DNA of 5,642 nucleotides from assembly GCF_000143415.4 (NCBI RefSeq), contig NW_003314720.1:1-5642 (forward strand). Direction: 5' to 3'. The stretch comes from Selaginella moellendorffii. Taxonomy: Eukaryota; Plantae; Lycopodiophyta. Of the stretch, positions 1-4,441 are shown one piece after another. The first letter of the stretch is position 1. The number at the start of each line of letters is the position of its first letter. A model generated the notes under the pieces. The model did no database searches. It saw only the letters and a program-made list of their open reading frames with translations, and had not been told where the DNA came from. The position numbers were made by a program, and so were the translations under genes.

Positions 1-2014
1 AGGGCTACCTTTAATAAATGCTGGAACAACCCAAGGAGTTGGGGGGTGTATAAGTGGATGAGTTGGTGTTCTCATCACATGGACAAGTAGTCCTAAGGGG
101 CAAAGGTTGCCCCCAGAGAACAAAATCAAGTGTCGGAGTAACACTTGTGAAAATAGTCCTTTTGAGTAGGACAGGAATGCAAGAAGTGTATTCCAGTGAG
201 CTAGTGCCTCACAAGTAGGACCTTACCGGTCTGTGGATTAACTAAGTCCAAAACTGCTGGATGACTCAAGTAGAGTCAACGGATGGTCCTAAAAGGACTG
301 ATGGAAGCATTTGGACTAAGGTGTGTTGTACCCCACAAAGGATGGGGGGGGATCATAGGATCCAAGGATGAGAACAGAGGGTATCTCATCGATGGCAAAA
401 TGTGCCATGCTAAAGTTATGGGAAAGGTGTTCCCAGAAGAAAACAACTTTGACATAAAGTTGTGTGTGACCTCTATGGTGCAGTGCTAACAGATGGTTGG
501 CATGAGAAAGAGCGGTGTTGGTCTTGGCAAAGACTTAGACACGAAGGGGAAATGTCATAGAGGTAGGCTCGTGGAGCCGATGGTGTGGAGACACCAAATG
601 TGCCAAGGTGTGATACCTTGAGGCTATGTTGGTGGGTTCATGAGAACCCCTTGCCAAAGGAATCCCAATGGAAATGGGAATAGCATAGCCTAAGCTGCAG
701 AGCATGCAATTGGAGTGTGGTGACCCAGATAATGATGGAGGTGTGGAAGCACCAGCAATGAGTTGTAGGACTTGACAACTACAAGGCAACTAAGCAAGAG
801 GTGCAAAATAACTGGTTACACGGGTAGAAGGTAGCTACCCAAGACTTCTTAATAGCATAGGGAAGTTGGATATACCCTTACGGGGGATAAGTTGCTTGTG
901 TTGCGATATAGTAAGTCAATGTCATAAAAGGAAATACTCATTGTCAAGAAAGCCATCATTGGGACACCCGAACACTCTAAAACACCAAAAGGTGGTGTTT
1001 GATGTCGCGAGGACAATGGATAAAGCCCAAGGGACTAAGTCCCTAGCGAATGATGGATAGAAGGTGCTATCCAAATGTCCAAGGTTGCGGAGACAGGAGA
1101 GGACTGTCTACCCGAGTTGGACAAAGCCAAAAATGGAATTTTGGCAAGGCTAGTGATGGGCATGTAAAGGCCCATAAGCAACAATGTAATCCCAGTGTGT
1201 GGGATTATAAGGTGAGCATACCCGGATTGAGGAACCACTCCCTAGGCTATTGGGTAGGTTCATCCCTAAGAATACTTGCTAAAGCATGATAGAAAGTGCA
1301 AAGCTATCCTCCTGGTCTGGAGGAGAATGACCAAAGGAAAGGTGTGAAGCCAAAAAGCAAGAAGTAAGGGGATAGAACCGAACCGTAGGAATCAAAGGGC
1401 ATAACCAAGGTTGGTTATGCCAGCTGGGAGTGGAGAATCAAGTGGGGGCTCGAGGGTGTTGCCGCTAGCAACCGTGATGCCATGGAGAGTCTAAGTTATG
1501 GAATTGTCCATGTTAGACTATGTGGCATTTGGAAGGCTTGCAAAAAAGGGAGGCCTTAGCAAGCTGAGGGACAGAGTTCCTTCAAGGTTCCCAAAGACGA
1601 TTCTAGGTAGCTTAGTACCTAGAAAGGCCAAGTGTAAATGGTTCATGGAACGCGCGAAATCAAAGTGGCGCAGCAGAAGCGTGGTCTTGAAGCTTGCCAT
1701 GAGGCAAAGCTATCAAGGTTAGGGAAGTAGTTCCCGAGTGTTCAAAGAGAGGGCTTTGAACGAAAGTCGATGGTCAAGGACCTTCACGCTTATGCAGGAA
1801 CCATGTTACAGTGGTCGGAGGACTTGCCAAGCGAGATTGGCACGTCGGGGGAACAAATACCCTAGTTGAAGGTGATAACTTCAAAAAGGGTGGGCCATGG
1901 GGCCGAGCATGGAAGAGTCCATGCATGATCACAGACATGTCAAGTGAGAGGATTTGGCAGTGTGGAGGAACTAGGTTCCTAAGCTGTGATCTGTAGCGTG
2001 CTTTAAAAATAAGT

Positions 2015-2026
2015 TGGTGCACCGGC
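2015..2026 (+). other. Candidate primer-binding site complementary to the 3' end of tRNA-Gly(GCC)
   Basis: TGGTGCACCGGC begins with TGG (anti-CCA). It matches 11/12 of the reverse complement of the plant tRNA-Gly(GCC) 3' end as I recall it (TGGTGCACCAGC), and the mismatch would be a G-U pair. It follows an unpaired AT-rich linker (ctttaaaaataag, 2001-2013). Confidence 0.35.
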
Positions 2027-2081
2027 GTGGGGAGTCACGCCAGGCATCTTGTGTGATGCCGTCCGTAGATGCATATACGGA

Positions 2082-2136
2082 GGTTGGGTTCGAGTCCCGA
2101 CCCTCTAGTGCTTGGGTTCGAGTCCCAAATCACTAG
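2082..2136 (+). other. Two tandem tRNA T-arm-like hairpins (Pol III B-box consensus GGTTCGAGTCC twice)
   Basis: The 15-mer ttgggttcgagtccc occurs at 2084-2098 and 2112-2126. Folds: ggttggg-TTCGAGT-cccgacc (2082-2102) and ctagtg-c-ttggg-TTCGAGT-cccaa-at-cactag (2105-2136). Confidence 0.75.
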
Positions 2137-2434
2137 GGCGTGGTGATGGTTTGGAATATGAGGACACTCATATTTCGGTGGTCATGGACTCTCAGTGGGG
2201 AGACTGGTTTGGGCACACCGCCAAGCGAGGGATGCCTCGGAGTCGTGATGCACGGTTAGATTGCTTAGTGTGAAAGCTCAGCACATCTAACTTGAACGCT
2301 TTGGTGCAAGTGGCACCAAGGTCGTGGTGAGTGAGATGGGGACACCTAATCTCAGTTGCTATGAACCCTTGGCCGTAAGGGCTGGCTTGGGTGCACCGCC
2401 AAGTGTGGGGGATGCCCCCGGGGTTATAGTCAAC
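2136..2434 (+). repeat. Diverged direct duplication (offset about 180 nt), each copy a GACA-loop hairpin plus a four-way junction
   Basis: Shared anchors cgtggtga, ggacac, ctggYttgggYRcaccgccaag and ggatgcc. Copy 1 about 2136-2249, copy 2 about 2320-2434. Confidence 0.8.
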
Positions 2435-3447
2435 AACTTGGAGGTCTAGAAGACCAAGTACCTCTTGGCAACTCTGTTAAGGTGCCAAGGTGAGATCACT
2501 ATGCGATCTTATGGCCAGATAAGGACAAGGTCCTTGGTTGGCTAAGGAATGAAGTTCCTGGTTCAAAATGTTGAAATTGAACTGTTTAAGGTGGTGTGGC
2601 TTGGTCGTGATGACCAAGTGGGAAGAGCACCTAAGGGAAATAAACTATGTCCGTGCGATGGCATAGTGAGTCCGAGGAAAGTAGTCTCTATAAAAGACCC
2701 ATGGGAGGGTCACGAAGTTGGGCCGTGGATAGAGCCCATAGCAGAAGATGCTAAAGAGACGTACTAGGGGTGAACATCCTCCGGACTTGGCAAAGAAGAG
2801 TCTTTGCTATGGAACCGAAACAATACCTCAAGGAGGGAGGTAGAGATTCGATGTTGCTTGGTGCAACAATCAACGGATAGGAGCAAAAGATGAGTGGCCA
2901 AGATAGGGCCGTGGAATCCCTTGGAAGGAATCCAAGTGACAAAGTTAGGCGAGGAACACTAATGTGTTGGACACTAACAAGTTGCGGGAAAGGAAGTGTG
3001 TTTCCAAGGAGGGATTCCGAAATGCTCCGATTTGGCGAAAGTGGAAGCTCCAAGGGAGGGAGCGGTAAGGTAGCCAAATGATAGGGCCATGAACAGCCCT
3101 AGCACAAAGCATGATAATTGGAACTTTGGCACGAAATAGAAGAGAGGATGATGGTGCCCTCGAGTAGAGAACTTCCTAGGATGGGAAGTGGAGTTGCACA
3201 AAAGGTGCAAGGCAAGGTGTCGGAGACACCTAGGAAATTGACTCCAAGAAGTCAAAATTCAAAGTTCCAAAGTGCAAAGGCTATATCGATGGAAATTGAG
3301 ACTACTCGAGAAGGAGTAGTGGGATTGACTTAGAGAAGGGTCTCTAAGAGGTTTAGCGAGAACTAAACAAATAAAAGGAGAGAACCACTATATGTGGTCC
3401 AATCAATCTCTAAGTTGGAGAGACTACCCTCCTTAGAGGATATGCAA

Positions 3448-3536
3448 AAGGCATGGTGAGCCTTCAATGTCCAACCATTGACGAATATGGAGAAGGCATG
3501 GTGAGCCTTCAATGTCACACCATTGACAAATATTGG
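3448..3536 (+). repeat. 45-bp tandem duplication (2 copies), each copy holding two hairpins
   Basis: aaggcatggtgagccttcaatgtcCAaccattgacGaatatgg starts at 3448 and aaggcatggtgagccttcaatgtcACaccattgacAaatattgg starts at 3493. Confidence 0.95.
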
Positions 3537-3877
3537 CTACGCGCCAAGGATGGAAATGGTAACACATGCAGGTGTTACTTTATAAAATGGTTCACCGTTC
3601 GATGAGGACATCGAACTTCGTCTATGGTTGGTGGAATTGTGAGAACACAAATCCCTAGGCCCCAAAGTGGAGCCAGAAGGGCGCCACATGGTAGTGGCCG
3701 AAGTGAGAGCCAAATGAGTGTAACGCGTTTGGACCAAAAGCTCCGACTTGAAAAGTCAAGAGCGGGAGTGGAACTCCCAACGAAGTGCTCGAGGAACAAG
3801 CACGAAGCGAGCAAAAGGCGAGGCTCCAAAAAGGGACCCAAAAGGACCAACACATGACACGTGGGAGTGTCCGAGAT

Positions 3878-4144
3878 GGACCCGAGTTGGAGTCCAAAGT
3901 GGAGTCCGAGATGGACCCGAGTTGGAGTCCGAAGTGGAGTCTAAGATGGACCCGAGTTGGAGTCCGAAGTGGAGTCCGAGATGGACCCGAGATGGAGTCC
4001 GAGGTGGACCCGAGATGGACCCGAAATGGAGTCCGAGATGGAGTCCGAGATGGACCCGAGATGGAGTCCGAGATGGAGTCCGAGATGGACCCGAGATGGA
4101 CCCGAGATGGAGTCCGAGATGGAGTCCGAGATGGAGTCTGAAGT
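3878..4144. repeat. Minisatellite of 23 units: nine 11-mers (GGACCCGAGWT) and fourteen 12-mers (GGAGTCCGARRT), with a 35-bp higher-order period
   Basis: Parsed unit by unit. 11-mers start at 3878, 3913, 3948, 3983, 4006, 4017, 4052, 4087 and 4098. 9x11 + 14x12 = 267 bp. Confidence 0.97.
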
Positions 4145-4145
4145 C

Positions 4146-4171
4146 GAGACCGAGACCGGGACCGAGACCGG

Positions 4172-4213
<42 letters not shown>

Positions 4214-4307
4214 GATCGGGACCGAGGCCGAGGCCGAGACCGAGCCCGAGCCCGAGTCCGAGTCCGAATCCGAGTCCGAGTCTGAGTCCGAGTCCGAGTC
4301 CGAGTCC
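4146..4307. repeat. Hexamer microsatellite, 27 units of GAGNCC grading from GAGACC through GAGGCC/GAGCCC to GAGTCC
   Basis: 162 bp in strict 6-bp register. Mostly GAGACC/GGGACC 4146-4223, GAGGCC x2 4224-4235, GAGACC 4236-4241, GAGCCC x2 4242-4253, GAGTCC-type x9 4254-4307. Confidence 0.97.
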
Positions 4308-4383
4308 AGAGCCTGAGAGGGTGAAAGCCCAAAGCGTTCGTCTCCCAGACCCTGGGGGGTTTGGTGAGCTCCAAAAGTATAGT

Positions 4384-4393
4384 AGGGGGAGGA
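4384..4393 (+). other. Candidate polypurine tract followed by TG (possible 3' LTR start at 4395)
   Basis: agggggagga-c-TGcagtgg has a G5 core typical of plant LTR-element PPTs. Weak on its own, because the + strand is purine-rich everywhere. Confidence 0.25.
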
Positions 4394-4403
4394 CTGCAGT
4401 GGA

Positions 4404-4441
4404 GCCAGTTTGGCCAGGAAAGGCCAGTTTGGCCCAGGAAG
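4404..4441 (+). repeat. 19-bp tandem duplication, each unit contributing a GGCC-stem hairpin with an AGGAA-containing loop
   Basis: gccagtttggccaggaaag 4404-4422 and gccagtttggcccaggaag 4423-4441. Hairpins at 4411-4426 and 4429-4446. Confidence 0.85.

Larger units (their letters stand above)
1..3871 (+). ncRNA. Long non-coding region with near-continuous RNA secondary-structure potential (hairpin chain plus multibranch domains), 5' block; runs off the window start
   Basis: Adjacent inverted repeats throughout. Examples: ggggcaa-agg-ttgcccc 97-113; caagtgt/acacttg 127-147; acaacttt/aaagttgt 443-463; ggcataacca-aggt-tggttatgcc 1398-1421; three-segment hairpin 1477-1528; ttctaggta/tacctagaa 1601-1624; gttcaaag/ctttgaac 1740-1761; tggcaaaga-agag-tctttgcta 2788-2809; cttagaga/tctctaag 3329-3348; gttcgatg-agga-catcgaac 3597-3616. 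Imperfect pairs are mostly G-T on this strand. Transcription is not shown by the sequence. Confidence 0.7.

Noticed and set aside
2040-2136. tRNA gene(s) suggested by GGTTCGAGTCCC
   Set aside because: No acceptor stem, D-arm or anticodon arm in tRNA geometry; only isolated T-arm-like hairpins.
2385-2404. Palindromic GTGCAC in a hairpin loop, like the HIV-1 dimerisation kissing loop
   Set aside because: The paralogous copy has non-palindromic GCACAC, and an alternative register shared by both copies (ggY/gcc) buries part of the palindrome in the stem.
2688-2696. TATA-like ctataaaag (also tataaaa at 3581) and scattered AATAAA hexamers
   Set aside because: Short motifs expected in A-rich linkers, with no supporting context.
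283-3333. Short ORFs of 60-108 aa, including ELWHEIEER (3121-3147), faintly like a copia Gag motif
   Set aside because: No recognisable RT, RNase H, integrase, protease or zinc-knuckle motif. A stop codon lies directly upstream (3115-3117), and the same bases are explained by the 3118-3128/3260-3270 helix.
3448-4307. CRISPR array
   Set aside because: The repeats are head-to-tail without unique spacers, and there are no cas genes.
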